Assembly (NCBI GenBank): GCA_964523105.1
Contig: CAZFZN010000012.1
Coordinates: 103,547 to 167,546, forward strand
Direction: 5' to 3'
Origin: an uncultured Akkermansia sp.
GTDB taxonomy: Bacteria; Verrucomicrobiota; Verrucomicrobiia; Verrucomicrobiales; V1-33
DNA: 64,000 nt
In this document: positions 39,971 through 49,695 of the stretch, piece by piece
Layout: each line of letters opens with the position of its first letter
Position numbering within the stretch: the stretch's first letter is position 1
Notes under the pieces: generated by a model
What the model was told of the DNA's origin: nothing
The model's database searches: none
Seen by the model: the letters and a program-made list of their open reading frames with translations, nothing else
Position numbers and translations under genes: made by a program

Positions 39971-41710
39971 TGGGGCCTTCATGTGGCGAGCGGGGCGGGC
40001 ACTATCGTGACCCGGGAGGATGCCATCAACGCGCTCCAGAATCCCGGCGCGGTGCACAGTTACGGCAAGGCCCCTGTGCTCAATCATTCCGATGCCGATC
40101 GCCCCGGGCTGGGCGGACTTTTTGCCGGTGAACTGGACCTGCCGGACGCCGTTGCAGGAGTCAATGACGACGACTTCGCGATCCATGCCCGGGGACGTCT
40201 CGTGATCCCCGCGGACGGGCAGTACACCTTCTGCTTCAAGGGACCGGAATGGTGTGCGGTCCGCACCGCGGGGCAGGCATGGCAAAAGGTCGGCGGTGAA
40301 TTCGGCATCGATCCCGCCGATCCCTCGACGGTGCTCACCTACCGCAACAACTCCGCCAACAACACCAGCCTCAGTGATTTCACCGCCCATGCCGTGATCC
40401 CCCTGCCCGCCGGCTGTCATGACATCGATCTCGTCACCGGCGACCGCGACGGCAGCTTCTTTATGGAACTCTACTCCCGCCCGGGGAATTTCATCAACAC
40501 CGGTGAATACACCTCCGGCGCCGCCAACAACGTTATCGAGAACCCGACGAGCAACGAATACCGCCTCGTCGGCTATCGCAGCACCGGCACGCTGCCGGTA
40601 CCCTGGGAGGACGGTAACGGCTGGACTCGCCGCGGCACCACTCCCGCCACCACCACCCAGCCGGCGGGCTGGCCCGGCACTAACATCGCCAACCATGAGA
40701 TCTGGCTCACGGCGAATGGCGTGACCACCGATCCGACGACGCGAGATACGGTGAATGAACGGAATCCTCAAAACCCCACCACGGATGCCGGAATTCCCAA
40801 CGGGCGGGATATCTGGCGGCAAACCACCAGTGATGACAACTACCTCGATGAAGGATTCGAGGCCATGCGCGTCATTCCGGCCGCGGGCACTGACAGCATT
40901 GGATGGCAGGGCGATGACGGCGGGTTCGTGGAGATTCAGGATCTCCCGGCCGGGGCGGAGTTCAGCACGCGTTTCGAAGCCATGAGTGTGCTGACTCCGG
41001 TGGTGGCCAATGCCGCCAACGGCACCTTCAACGGACGCATTCAGCTTTCTGTGGGCGGCGGCAATACCTGCACGATATCACGTCTTACGTTCCCCGGCGA
41101 CGGATCGGTCAGCGATCCGGCCACTTATCCGATCAAATCCCTCCACTTCGAGGGCACCGGCGGGTGCTATTGGAAAATCTTCTCCGGTACGGCAAACGGT
41201 TACGGACGCATGCTGACCCCGCTGTCCCGCAACGGCGCGGACGCCGCCGCGGCCGATGTGAGCGGAATCCAGCTCGCCGGCCCCGACATCGAAATCGTCG
41301 CCGTCGGCATGACGGCCGGCCCGGCGTTCTCCTTCACCTTCCTCTCAGTGCCGGGAGTCGCCTATACCATCTGGCGGTCGGACAACCTCACAACATTGAC
41401 CAGCCAGGGCACGATCACGGCCACGGGGCTCACGACTACCTACACGTCCGGTCCCATCGGGCCGGGCGATCCGCGCTATTTTTATCGCGCGAGCAAACAG
41501 GCCGGCGCAAGGAATTCAGGCCCCGGGGTGGAAACCCCACCGCGGGACTTTTCGTTCGCCATGGCCTGCAACGCCGGGCCGTTGCAGAGTCGCGGAAAAC
41601 GGGGCATCTGCGCCGTGATTGTTCTCCGCTATGAAATTCGCCGCCGTCATTTCATCCCTGCTCTGTGTTTTCGTTTTGTGCTCTGTGCCGGCCGCCGAAG
41701 GGGACCGTAA
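39971..41710 (+). pseudogene. 5'-truncated remnant of a PA14-like surface protein with C-terminal sorting-like domain
   Basis: In-frame TAG at 39968, no signal peptide; DDDFAIHARGRLVIPADGQYTF resembles the 25953 protein; RYFYRA motif followed by read-through into the next gene. Confidence 0.6.
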
Positions 41711-42374
41711 GCCCACGCTGACGGAGGCGAAGGCTGAGTTCGCCAAAGCGGACAAAGCTCTCAATACCGCGTGGGACGCCGTGAAAAAGGAATTCAGTCC
41801 GGCGGCTTTTGCAGCGCTGCGCGAGGAGCAGCGCGACTGGGTGGAGTGGCGCGATCACATCGCCGCGTCGCCGGCCTACTCCGGTGCTCCGGCGGCGGAT
41901 GAAGCACAGCGGATGCAGAGTGCGGAGTACTTTTCCATTGCCGCAGGATTGTCCGCGGATCGCACGGCATGGCTGCGGGCGCTGCTTACAAAGGAGGCGC
42001 CGGAATCCATGACCGGTCACTGGATCGACAGCTACGGCGGGATGATTGAAATCGTCGAGAAGCAGGGGAAGCTCCATTTTCGCATCAATGTCGTGCGCGG
42101 TCCGACGGCGCATGTCGGGGAACTGGCAGGCGTCGCCCGGTGGAATCAGTCCATCGGATGGTTCAGCGACAAGGGAACGGACAAGTCACGCACGGATGAA
42201 ACGAATCTCGCGTTCATTCACGAAGGCGGGAAACTGAAGATCACCGGTGCCAACACCCAGCACTATCACGGCGCCCGTGCTTACTTCGACGGCGACTATG
42301 TGCGGACCCGCGACCTGACTGCCGCCGAACAAACCGAAGTGCTCCAGGCGGCCGCCGGCGGGGCGGGGGAGTGA
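41631..42374 (+). CDS. Exported LprI (DUF1311)-like protein
   Basis: Signal peptide; ADKALNTAW..LREEQRDWVEWRD helical motif. Confidence 0.75.
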   Translation: MKFAAVISSLLCVFVLCSVPAAEGDRKPTLTEAKAEFAKADKALNTAWDAVKKEFSPAAFAALREEQRDWVEWRDHIAASPAYSGAPAADEAQRMQSAEYFSIAAGLSADRTAWLRALLTKEAPESMTGHWIDSYGGMIEIVEKQGKLHFRINVVRGPTAHVGELAGVARWNQSIGWFSDKGTDKSRTDETNLAFIHEGGKLKITGANTQHYHGARAYFDGDYVRTRDLTAAEQTEVLQAAAGGAGE

Positions 42375-42428
42375 AGGCGGGTGCCTGTGAACCCGGTTTC
42401 TCCTGCTTGCCGGCGCAGCGCGTGCCGC

Positions 42429-42434
42429 CATAAT
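42429..42434 (+). promoter_or_regulatory. Candidate -10 hexamer of a leaderless transcript
   Basis: CATAAT lies 7 nt upstream of ATG 42442; no Shine-Dalgarno motif. Confidence 0.4.
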
Positions 42435-42441
42435 CGCGCAA

Positions 42442-43155
42442 ATGACGCACGATCCCTCCCCGGACGAACTGACGCTGCAGCACCTCCTCGGTGCTGCGCT
42501 GGATGCCTCCGGTGCGGAGCGGAGGCGCGACGAAGTTCAGGTGCTCGATCTCGCCTGCGGCGAATGCCGGGAAGTCGAAGTGGTGTCATCGGCGGCTTTG
42601 GAGAAACTCGGGCGCACCGGGGCTGTGCTGCGCTTCACAGGCGCGGATATTCGCGGCGCGGAGATCGATACCGCACGCCGCCGGGCGCGGAAACTTGCCG
42701 AGGCGGGCGCCACGGTGGAGTTCCTGCAGACGGACTGCGCGAACCTCGAAGACCACCGGGAACTCGGACGCTCGTTCGATCTCGTTTTCCTCCGTCACCA
42801 GAATTACTGGCACGACCGCCCCGCATGGCGCCGCATTTTTGCCAATGGCCTCCGGCGGCTCCATGACTCCGGGCTGCTCGTCATTTCCAGTTATTTCGAT
42901 GCAGAGCACGATCTCGCCGTGAGAGCGATCACCGCGGCCGGCGGAGAACTGGTGACGAGTGTGCGGAACCGGAATTCCCGTGCCCTTCCAACTCCTGGCA
43001 AGTCGGTGGACCGGCATCTCGCCGTCTTCCGCAGACAAGGCCCGGCGCTAGATCGCCTCCAGCAGCTTCAGCATCAGCCACGCGGCGTCGAGGCAGCAAA
43101 TCAGGGCAGCGGTTTGAAGGATCAGGCCCCCGGTCCGGCCGTTTTGCCGTTCTGA
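42442..43155 (+). CDS. Class I SAM-dependent methyltransferase
   Basis: VLDLACGEC, FTGADI, FDLVFLRH; 3' end overlaps the convergent gene. Confidence 0.8.
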   Translation: MTHDPSPDELTLQHLLGAALDASGAERRRDEVQVLDLACGECREVEVVSSAALEKLGRTGAVLRFTGADIRGAEIDTARRRARKLAEAGATVEFLQTDCANLEDHRELGRSFDLVFLRHQNYWHDRPAWRRIFANGLRRLHDSGLLVISSYFDAEHDLAVRAITAAGGELVTSVRNRNSRALPTPGKSVDRHLAVFRRQGPALDRLQQLQHQPRGVEAANQGSGLKDQAPGPAVLPF

Positions 43156-44133
43156 GAGCCGGGCGATGGCGGCTCCGGCGAGCCAGGCGAAAAGTGCCGC
43201 CGGGAGGGGCAGCAAATGCCACCAGCGTTCCAGTTCCGGTGTCAGCCGTTCCTGCGCGCTGAAGGCCGCACCGAAGCCGAGGCACCCGGTGTACAGGAGA
43301 ATCCGGCGGGGCAAAGCAGCGGCCCCGGACGGCCGGTGAATGGTATCCACTGCGGTTAGAATGGCGCAGGCGCCGCAGACCAGATGCACCGCCCACACTG
43401 GAATGGCCGTGAGGTGGCGGCCCGCCGCCAGTCCGGCCGCAAAGGCGAGGGCAATCAGCAGGGTTCGCATCGCCGGGGATTTCCTGTCTCCGAGGATACT
43501 GGCCGTGAGAAAAACGAACCAAAGCCCCAGGAGTGTCGCCGGCCGCGGAGTGCGGACCAGACTGCCCGCCTCCGCCCCGCCGCTGACGAATCCCGTGTTG
43601 AAGCTGATTTCCCGGTCCCGGGGCAGCACTCCGAATTTCCACGGCGTTTCCCCATGCGGACCGTAGCGATAGGCATAACTCAAATCCCACGGCACGCCGG
43701 GCGATGACGGAAACTCCACACACATGTTCTGACTGATCGACAGCGTGCGGGGCGGAGTGCTCAATGGATACCCGACCGTCCAGACGAAGTGGGACCGGTC
43801 CGGTCCCTCCAGCCCGTCGTCGATCACTTCCGGCGGCTTGATGTCCTGCACGCTGCCAGCCACGCGGTTCCCGTCCGCCTTGATTTGAAAATGGTCGAGC
43901 AGATAACCGGAATGGCGCGCGGCAAATTCCTCCGCCTCCAGTGCGTCCACCTGACCGCTTTCCGTCACCGGCAGCCCCTGCACCACGATAAGTTCGCGCA
44001 CGGAGACATGCAGCACCAGCGTGACGCGGTCAGGGGCCGCATAAATCCACACCGGGTTCTGCAGAATCGGATGAGCGCCCGCACCTGCCAGGGTGAGCAG
44101 CAGCAGGGCCAGAAGCAGGGCCGCCCGTTGCAT
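43048..44133 (-). CDS. Membrane protein with HupE/UreJ-like architecture (exported N-terminal domain plus TM domain)
   Basis: Signal peptide then AHP, soluble domain, about 5 C-terminal hydrophobic helices. Confidence 0.55.
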   Translation of the reverse strand: MQRAALLLALLLLTLAGAGAHPILQNPVWIYAAPDRVTLVLHVSVRELIVVQGLPVTESGQVDALEAEEFAARHSGYLLDHFQIKADGNRVAGSVQDIKPPEVIDDGLEGPDRSHFVWTVGYPLSTPPRTLSISQNMCVEFPSSPGVPWDLSYAYRYGPHGETPWKFGVLPRDREISFNTGFVSGGAEAGSLVRTPRPATLLGLWFVFLTASILGDRKSPAMRTLLIALAFAAGLAAGRHLTAIPVWAVHLVCGACAILTAVDTIHRPSGAAALPRRILLYTGCLGFGAAFSAQERLTPELERWWHLLPLPAALFAWLAGAAIARLSERQNGRTGGLILQTAALICCLDAAWLMLKLLEAI

Positions 44134-44136
44134 GGC

Positions 44137-44817
44137 TCAGGAGTTCTCCGCCGGAGCCGCTTCCCGTTTTACCTCCCGCCGCGCCTGCATCCATGCCATG
44201 ATTGCGGGCATGACGCTGATACCGATGACCGCCAGCACAATGATCTCGAAGTGCTCGGTGACCCACGGGATGTTTCCGAACAGGACGCCGGCGCCGCAGC
44301 AGACCCCCACCCAGAGAAACGAGCCCGCGATTCCGAAGATCACGAAACGGTGGTAATCCATTCTGCCGACGCCCGCCACAAAGGGCGCGAACGTCCGCAC
44401 CAGCGGCACAAACCGCGCCAGCAGCACCATCTTGCCTCCGTGCTTTTCGTAGAACAGCTGCGTCCGGTGCAGGATGTCTGCATTGAAGAAAATGGATTTC
44501 TGCTTTTTGAATACTTTGGGGCCCGTGTAACGCCCGATCCAGTAGTTGAGGTTGTCGCCAAGGATCGCGGCGATGGGCAGCAGAATGAAAAGCAGGGGAA
44601 AGCTCAGTTTGGAGCCCGCGATGGGAGAACACAGCGAACCGGCCACGAAAAGCAGCGAATCGCCCGGCAGCCAGGGCATGACCACGAGCCCGGTTTCGCA
44701 GAAGATGATGAGAAAAAGAATCGCGGTGAGATTGTTCGATCCTACCTGATCCACCCACCACTGCACATACTGCTGGAGGTTGGTGATAATGTCCCAAACA
44801 AGCTGCAGGAAGCTCAT
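44137..44817 (-). CDS. DedA family membrane protein
   Basis: FCETGL..LPGDSLLF, GDNLNYWIG, KHGG..LARFVP..RTFAPFVAG. Start reassigned to ATG 44817. Confidence 0.95.
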   Translation of the reverse strand: MSFLQLVWDIITNLQQYVQWWVDQVGSNNLTAILFLIIFCETGLVVMPWLPGDSLLFVAGSLCSPIAGSKLSFPLLFILLPIAAILGDNLNYWIGRYTGPKVFKKQKSIFFNADILHRTQLFYEKHGGKMVLLARFVPLVRTFAPFVAGVGRMDYHRFVIFGIAGSFLWVGVCCGAGVLFGNIPWVTEHFEIIVLAVIGISVMPAIMAWMQARREVKREAAPAENS

Positions 44818-45049
44818 TTCGGAGGCGGTCTCGGCCAGAGGGAGTGGTGGCATGAATGGGGATGGGGGACGGAGGAAACGAGGGAAGCGCGCAGCGTTAT
44901 CAGTGCCCCGCGCACTTTCCAGAGAAGATTCACCGAAAGACCGCTCCCTGCGATTCCGCTGTCGTGCGGGCGATTTGGCGCTCCGGGGCCGCCTTTTCTT
45001 TTGCGCCGCTGCGGAATTGGCCTACGGCGCTCCGTTCCCCGACCCGGAC

Positions 45050-47146
45050 ATGCCAGCAAAATCCCGCGACCAGCAGACCGATTCCCAGCTTCCTCTCGAT
45101 TTCGACGACTCCGCCGCCCCCGCCGAAACCGCGGCGCAGGAGGACGGGAGCATCCCGTCCACGCACGTGCATCCCACCACGGCCATCACGACGAAAGTCA
45201 CGCCGCGGAATCTGCATCACGTCGGCGAGATGTACGGGCACTGGTTTCTCGACTACGCCAGCTACGTCATTCTCGAACGTGCGGTGCCGCACTTGAACGA
45301 CGGCCTCAAGCCGGTGCAGCGCCGTATTCTCCATACCATGGAGACAATGGACGACGGGCGGTTCAACAAAGTGGCGAACATCGTCGGGGAGACGATGAAG
45401 TATCACCCGCACGGTGATGCCGCCATTACCGAAGCCCTGGTGGTGCTGGGGCAAAAGGACCTCATGGTGGAAACCCAGGGAAACTGGGGCAACATCTACA
45501 CCGGCGACGAACCCGCCGCGGGCCGTTACATCGAGGCGCGCCTGAGCAAATTCGCCCTCGAGATCGCCTTCAACGGCCGCCTCACCACGTGGGCCGCCAG
45601 TTATGACGGCCGCAACAAGGAGCCGGTGACGCTGCCGGTGAAATTTCCGCTCCTGCTCGCCCAGGGCGTGGAGGGCATCGCCGTCGGCTTGAGTTGCAAG
45701 ATTCTCCCTCACAACTTCAATGAACTCTGCGACGCCGCCATCGCTGCACTGCGCAAGGAGAATGTGAATCTGCTGCCCGACTTCCCCACGGGCGCGCTGA
45801 TGGACGCCGCGGAATACAACGAAGGCCAGCGCGGCGGCAGGGTCAAGGTCCGCGCCCGCATTACCAAAGCGAAAAAAGGCAACACGCTGCACATTTCAGA
45901 GATTCCGTTCGGGACCACGACCGGCGGCCTCATCGACAGTATTCTCGCGGCCAACGAGAAGGGGAAGATCAAGATTGCCAAGGTCGAGGACGTAACCGCC
46001 GAGAAGGTGGACATCGTGATTCATCTGGCTCCGGGCACGGATGCCGACGACATGCTCAATGCGCTCTACGTCTTCACCGCGTGCGAAGTCAGCATCGCGC
46101 CCAACTGCGTCGTGATCCTCGACGACAAGCCGGTCTTCATGACCGTCAATGAACTGCTCAAACACGCCGCGGAGCAGACGAGGGAACTGCTGCGTCAGGA
46201 ACTGGAACTCAAACTGGGCGACCTTGAGGAGAAGTGGCACGCCTGCTCCCTCGAGAAAATCTTCATCGAAAAGCGCATCTACCGCGACATCGAGGAATGC
46301 ACCACGTGGGAGGCGGTGATGGCCGCCATCTGGAAAGGCATGCGGCCGTTTCTCAAACTGCTCCGCCGTGAAGTGACCGATGACGACATCGCACGGCTCA
46401 CGGAAATCAAAATCAAACGCATCTCCAAATACAACAGTTTCGAGGCCAACGAACAGATCAAGGCGCTGGACCAGCAGATCGCCGAAGTGAAAGCGCACCT
46501 TGCAGGCATGACGAAGTATGCCGTCAACTGGTTCAAGGAGTTGAAGCGCAAATACGGCCTCAAGCGCGAGCGCAGGACCGAGATCACCACCTTTGGCGCC
46601 GCGCTCAAGGCCAGTGAAGTCGCCGTCGCCACGGAAACGCTCTACGTGAACCGCGAGGACGGCTACGTGGGATGGGGCCTCAAGCGCACCGGCGACGCCG
46701 TGTGCAAATGCAGCCGGCTCGATGACATTATCGTCTTTCTCGATGACGGCACCGTACGCGTCAGCAAAGTCCAGGAGAAGGCCTTTTTCGGTCCCAAACC
46801 GCCCTATGTGGGCCTCTTCGACCGCGACAAGATTTTCTCCGTCATCTACCGCGATGGTGCGCGCGGACGCTACTACGCGAAGCGCTTTCAAATGGGCGGC
46901 GTGGTCCGGGACACGATCTACGACCTCACCAAAGGCACCAAAGGCAGCCGCCTCGTTTATCTCGCTGCCCACAATTCCCCGGAGACCAGCGCCAAACAGA
47001 AACTCATCATTCACTACCAGCCGGCGCCGCGGCTGCGCAAGCTCCAGGAGGAGTTCGATTTCAGTAGCCTCGAAATCAAATCGCGCGGAGCCCAGGGGAA
47101 TCTTGTGGCCCACAATCCCGTGCGGCGCATCGAACTGGTGAAGTGA
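45050..47146 (+). CDS. parC: DNA topoisomerase IV subunit A (type IIA A subunit)
   Basis: DGLKPVQRRIL, YHPHGD, catalytic AAGRYIEARL, GIAVG, PDFPTG; short C-terminal domain. Start reassigned to ATG 45050. Confidence 0.85.
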   Translation: MPAKSRDQQTDSQLPLDFDDSAAPAETAAQEDGSIPSTHVHPTTAITTKVTPRNLHHVGEMYGHWFLDYASYVILERAVPHLNDGLKPVQRRILHTMETMDDGRFNKVANIVGETMKYHPHGDAAITEALVVLGQKDLMVETQGNWGNIYTGDEPAAGRYIEARLSKFALEIAFNGRLTTWAASYDGRNKEPVTLPVKFPLLLAQGVEGIAVGLSCKILPHNFNELCDAAIAALRKENVNLLPDFPTGALMDAAEYNEGQRGGRVKVRARITKAKKGNTLHISEIPFGTTTGGLIDSILAANEKGKIKIAKVEDVTAEKVDIVIHLAPGTDADDMLNALYVFTACEVSIAPNCVVILDDKPVFMTVNELLKHAAEQTRELLRQELELKLGDLEEKWHACSLEKIFIEKRIYRDIEECTTWEAVMAAIWKGMRPFLKLLRREVTDDDIARLTEIKIKRISKYNSFEANEQIKALDQQIAEVKAHLAGMTKYAVNWFKELKRKYGLKRERRTEITTFGAALKASEVAVATETLYVNREDGYVGWGLKRTGDAVCKCSRLDDIIVFLDDGTVRVSKVQEKAFFGPKPPYVGLFDRDKIFSVIYRDGARGRYYAKRFQMGGVVRDTIYDLTKGTKGSRLVYLAAHNSPETSAKQKLIIHYQPAPRLRKLQEEFDFSSLEIKSRGAQGNLVAHNPVRRIELVK

Positions 47147-47260
47147 ACGACCGCGAAGTTGCACTTCGCTTTTCTCAGGTTTCGACCCTTGATGCTTTGT
47201 GTGCAGTGCGAAGTGCAAGTTGCCTGCGGCTGTCTTCGCTGCGCTTCGGCTCGCGTTCCG

Positions 47261-48679
47261 CTACTGTCCGAGCTTTTCGAGGATGTTCAGCGTGATCCGT
47301 TCCACCGCCGGATCGCCCCCGCGCAATCCGTGGCTCCAGTCGGTGCTGCCGCAGGTGAAGACCGTCCCAGTGCCGAGCTGATGCATCCCGAGCACCGCGT
47401 TGCCTTTGCGGCCGGCTTCCCATTTCTCGTACCACTGGCAGTCGTCAGGATGCCAAATGGCCGGAGCCGTCGCGAGAACTGTGAACGATTCCGGCGTGCC
47501 GTCGCGGCGCGTGGGGAAGGGCAGCCCGTCGCGCCAATCCAGTTCGCAGCCGTCGCATTCATAGCCGACCACCGTGTCCTTGCCGCCGAACTCTGCGCCG
47601 CGCTTCAGGCTGGTGCCGGCAAAGATCCAGTGATCCGGACGATGGACCGTGAAGGCGCCGCTGCCGTCCATGAGCTGGCCGTGACTGCGATGATAGCCGC
47701 CCCACAGAAAGCCCACGCCGGTGAGTTTGTTTTCCGGACGCTGCACCAGATGGTGACTCCACAGCGATGAGAGCAGCGGCAGCGCGGTTTTGTCGCCGCG
47801 GGACTGGTACACCGGATCGCTCGCCCAGTTTTGCTTCCAGCAGGTCAGGGCGTGGCCGCCGTCCTCGCTGCGCACCTGCCAGCAGCAGGTGTTTCCCGAG
47901 AAGAAGGCCGCGTTGCCGCCTGCGGCGATGAATTTCTCAAGGTGGTCGCGCATCGGTGCGGACCAGTATTCGTCGTGCCCCACACTGAGCACGAGCCTGC
48001 GGCCTTCGAGCACTTCCGGATGGAATTCGAGATCGCTGTTCGCGGCATATTCCAGCGCGAGGCCTCTGCGTTCCGCCCATTCCACAAACGCCTGCTCCCA
48101 GTTGCCGAACTGACTGGCCGGCGGGCGGTGAAAGGAAACGCGGTGCCCCAGCACGCCGGCGCGCCCGTTGTAGGCGTAGAGACTGAATCCGCCCCAGTTG
48201 TTGTAGGCGTTGTAGGTGTTGGTGGCAAACTGCAGCAGCACTTTCGCGCCCGCGCCTCGCGGCGGACGCACGATGAAATGGCAGGCACCCTCCGCAGTGC
48301 GCGCATTGCGCTGCGTCCACGTGCCGCCGCCGTCGCGCACCCGCAGGTTCACCTGATAGTATCCGCTGCGCCACTCCGCGGGAATCTTCAGCTTCAGCGC
48401 CGCCGGCCAGAGGCAGCCGTGGGATGAGGCGTTCTCCGGCACGGCGTATTCGGAAGTCCTGACATCCCCTTGCCACAGGCTTTCGCTCTTCGCTCCCAAA
48501 CGCAGGATCTCCACCGCCGCCTGTTTCGCTGAACTGGACAGATGCAGCGTCAGTTCCCCGCCTGCCGCATAACTCACTTCGCCAGTGTAGCCTTCCACAA
48601 AAAGCGGACGCGGCTCCTGCCCGGCGGCGATTACAGGAGCGGTGATCAACAGGCTGACAAAAAGGGTGCGGCGGATCAT
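47261..48679 (-). CDS. Exported N,N-dimethylformamidase beta-subunit-like domain protein
   Basis: Signal peptide; WRSGYY, TNTYNAYNNWGG.SLY, VGHDEYWS, FFSGNTCCWQVR, GYECD. Confidence 0.8.
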   Translation of the reverse strand: MIRRTLFVSLLITAPVIAAGQEPRPLFVEGYTGEVSYAAGGELTLHLSSSAKQAAVEILRLGAKSESLWQGDVRTSEYAVPENASSHGCLWPAALKLKIPAEWRSGYYQVNLRVRDGGGTWTQRNARTAEGACHFIVRPPRGAGAKVLLQFATNTYNAYNNWGGFSLYAYNGRAGVLGHRVSFHRPPASQFGNWEQAFVEWAERRGLALEYAANSDLEFHPEVLEGRRLVLSVGHDEYWSAPMRDHLEKFIAAGGNAAFFSGNTCCWQVRSEDGGHALTCWKQNWASDPVYQSRGDKTALPLLSSLWSHHLVQRPENKLTGVGFLWGGYHRSHGQLMDGSGAFTVHRPDHWIFAGTSLKRGAEFGGKDTVVGYECDGCELDWRDGLPFPTRRDGTPESFTVLATAPAIWHPDDCQWYEKWEAGRKGNAVLGMHQLGTGTVFTCGSTDWSHGLRGGDPAVERITLNILEKLGQ

Positions 48680-48685
48680 GATCGC

Positions 48686-48691
48686 ACTGTA
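48686..48691 (-). promoter_or_regulatory. Candidate -10 hexamer of a leaderless transcript
   Basis: TACAGT (minus strand) lies 6 nt upstream of ATG 48679. Confidence 0.4.
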
Positions 48692-48731
48692 GCGGGGTGA
48701 TCCCGCGGCGGGCATACGCGAGGATGTGTTT

Positions 48732-49529
48732 TCAATGCGTCGTCACCCTTGTCAGCAGACCGCGCCGGCGTCCGCTGCGGAGCACCCACAGAAAGATCGA
48801 AGCGGCGGCGCACATCCAGAGGATATTGGTCAGGGCGGAAAGGGCCAGGAGATTCCAGTCAGGCCCCTGGCCGCGCACGATGGCGCGCATGCCTTCGAAG
48901 ACCGGGGTGCAGGGCAGGCACCAGCCGATGGCCTGCGCCCACCCGGGCAAAACAGACAGATCGTAATAAACCGCCGCCACCGGCTGAATGAGAAACGGCA
49001 CCGCCCAGGCGAGACTCTCCGCCGCCTGACCCCAGCGCATGATGAGCGCGCAGGAGATCATGCCCAGACTCCAGCCGAAGACCATGAGCAGCCCGAAGAA
49101 CGGCACCAGATGCCAGTGGAATTGGAGGAGGTTGAAATGGTAGAAGACCGCGGCCAGCACGGAGAGCACCGCGATGGTCACAAGGATGCGCAGAAACCCG
49201 ACCACGAAACCCGCCGTCACATATTCCACCGGCCGTACCGGCGAGGCGAAAACATTGAGCAGGTTGCGTGTCCAAACGTCCTCCAGAAAAGAAATGGCCA
49301 CGCCCTGCTGCGCCCTGAAGGTCACGTCCCAGAGAATGGCGCCGCCGATGAGCATGGGGATGAAGGCCGGGGCGTCGCGCCCGCCGGTGGTGGCGATCCA
49401 CACCGAGAGATTGCCCCACACGAGGAGGTCCACCACCGGCCAGAAGAAGAGTTCGACGAGCCGGACCTTGTTGCGTCCGTAGAGATAAAGATAGCGCAGG
49501 GTCAGCGCATGGATGACGGAGAAATTCAT
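48732..49529 (-). CDS. ABC-2 type transporter permease
   Basis: Six TM helices; FLEDVWTRNLLNVFASP, AAVYYDLSVLP. Confidence 0.88.
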   Translation of the reverse strand: MNFSVIHALTLRYLYLYGRNKVRLVELFFWPVVDLLVWGNLSVWIATTGGRDAPAFIPMLIGGAILWDVTFRAQQGVAISFLEDVWTRNLLNVFASPVRPVEYVTAGFVVGFLRILVTIAVLSVLAAVFYHFNLLQFHWHLVPFFGLLMVFGWSLGMISCALIMRWGQAAESLAWAVPFLIQPVAAVYYDLSVLPGWAQAIGWCLPCTPVFEGMRAIVRGQGPDWNLLALSALTNILWMCAAASIFLWVLRSGRRRGLLTRVTTH

Positions 49530-49600
49530 GCGTCAGTGCTGACGGTGTGAAGGAGGAAATGCAAACGGTGGGTGGCGGGCCGGTTCGAGGAGTCACCGGT

Positions 49601-49695
49601 GGACACAGATGAACACGGATGCCCGATGGACGGTAAAGCGGGCCGCTTTCCATGAGTTTCGCAGCTATTCAGACCATCTGCGCCTATCTGTGTCC
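49601..49695. repeat. REP-like palindromic element (third family member) with inner hairpin
   Basis: GGACACAGATGAACACGGATG (49601-49621) faces CATCTGCGCCTATCTGTGTCC (49675-49695); internal AAAGCG-GGC-CGCTTT hairpin. Confidence 0.7.
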
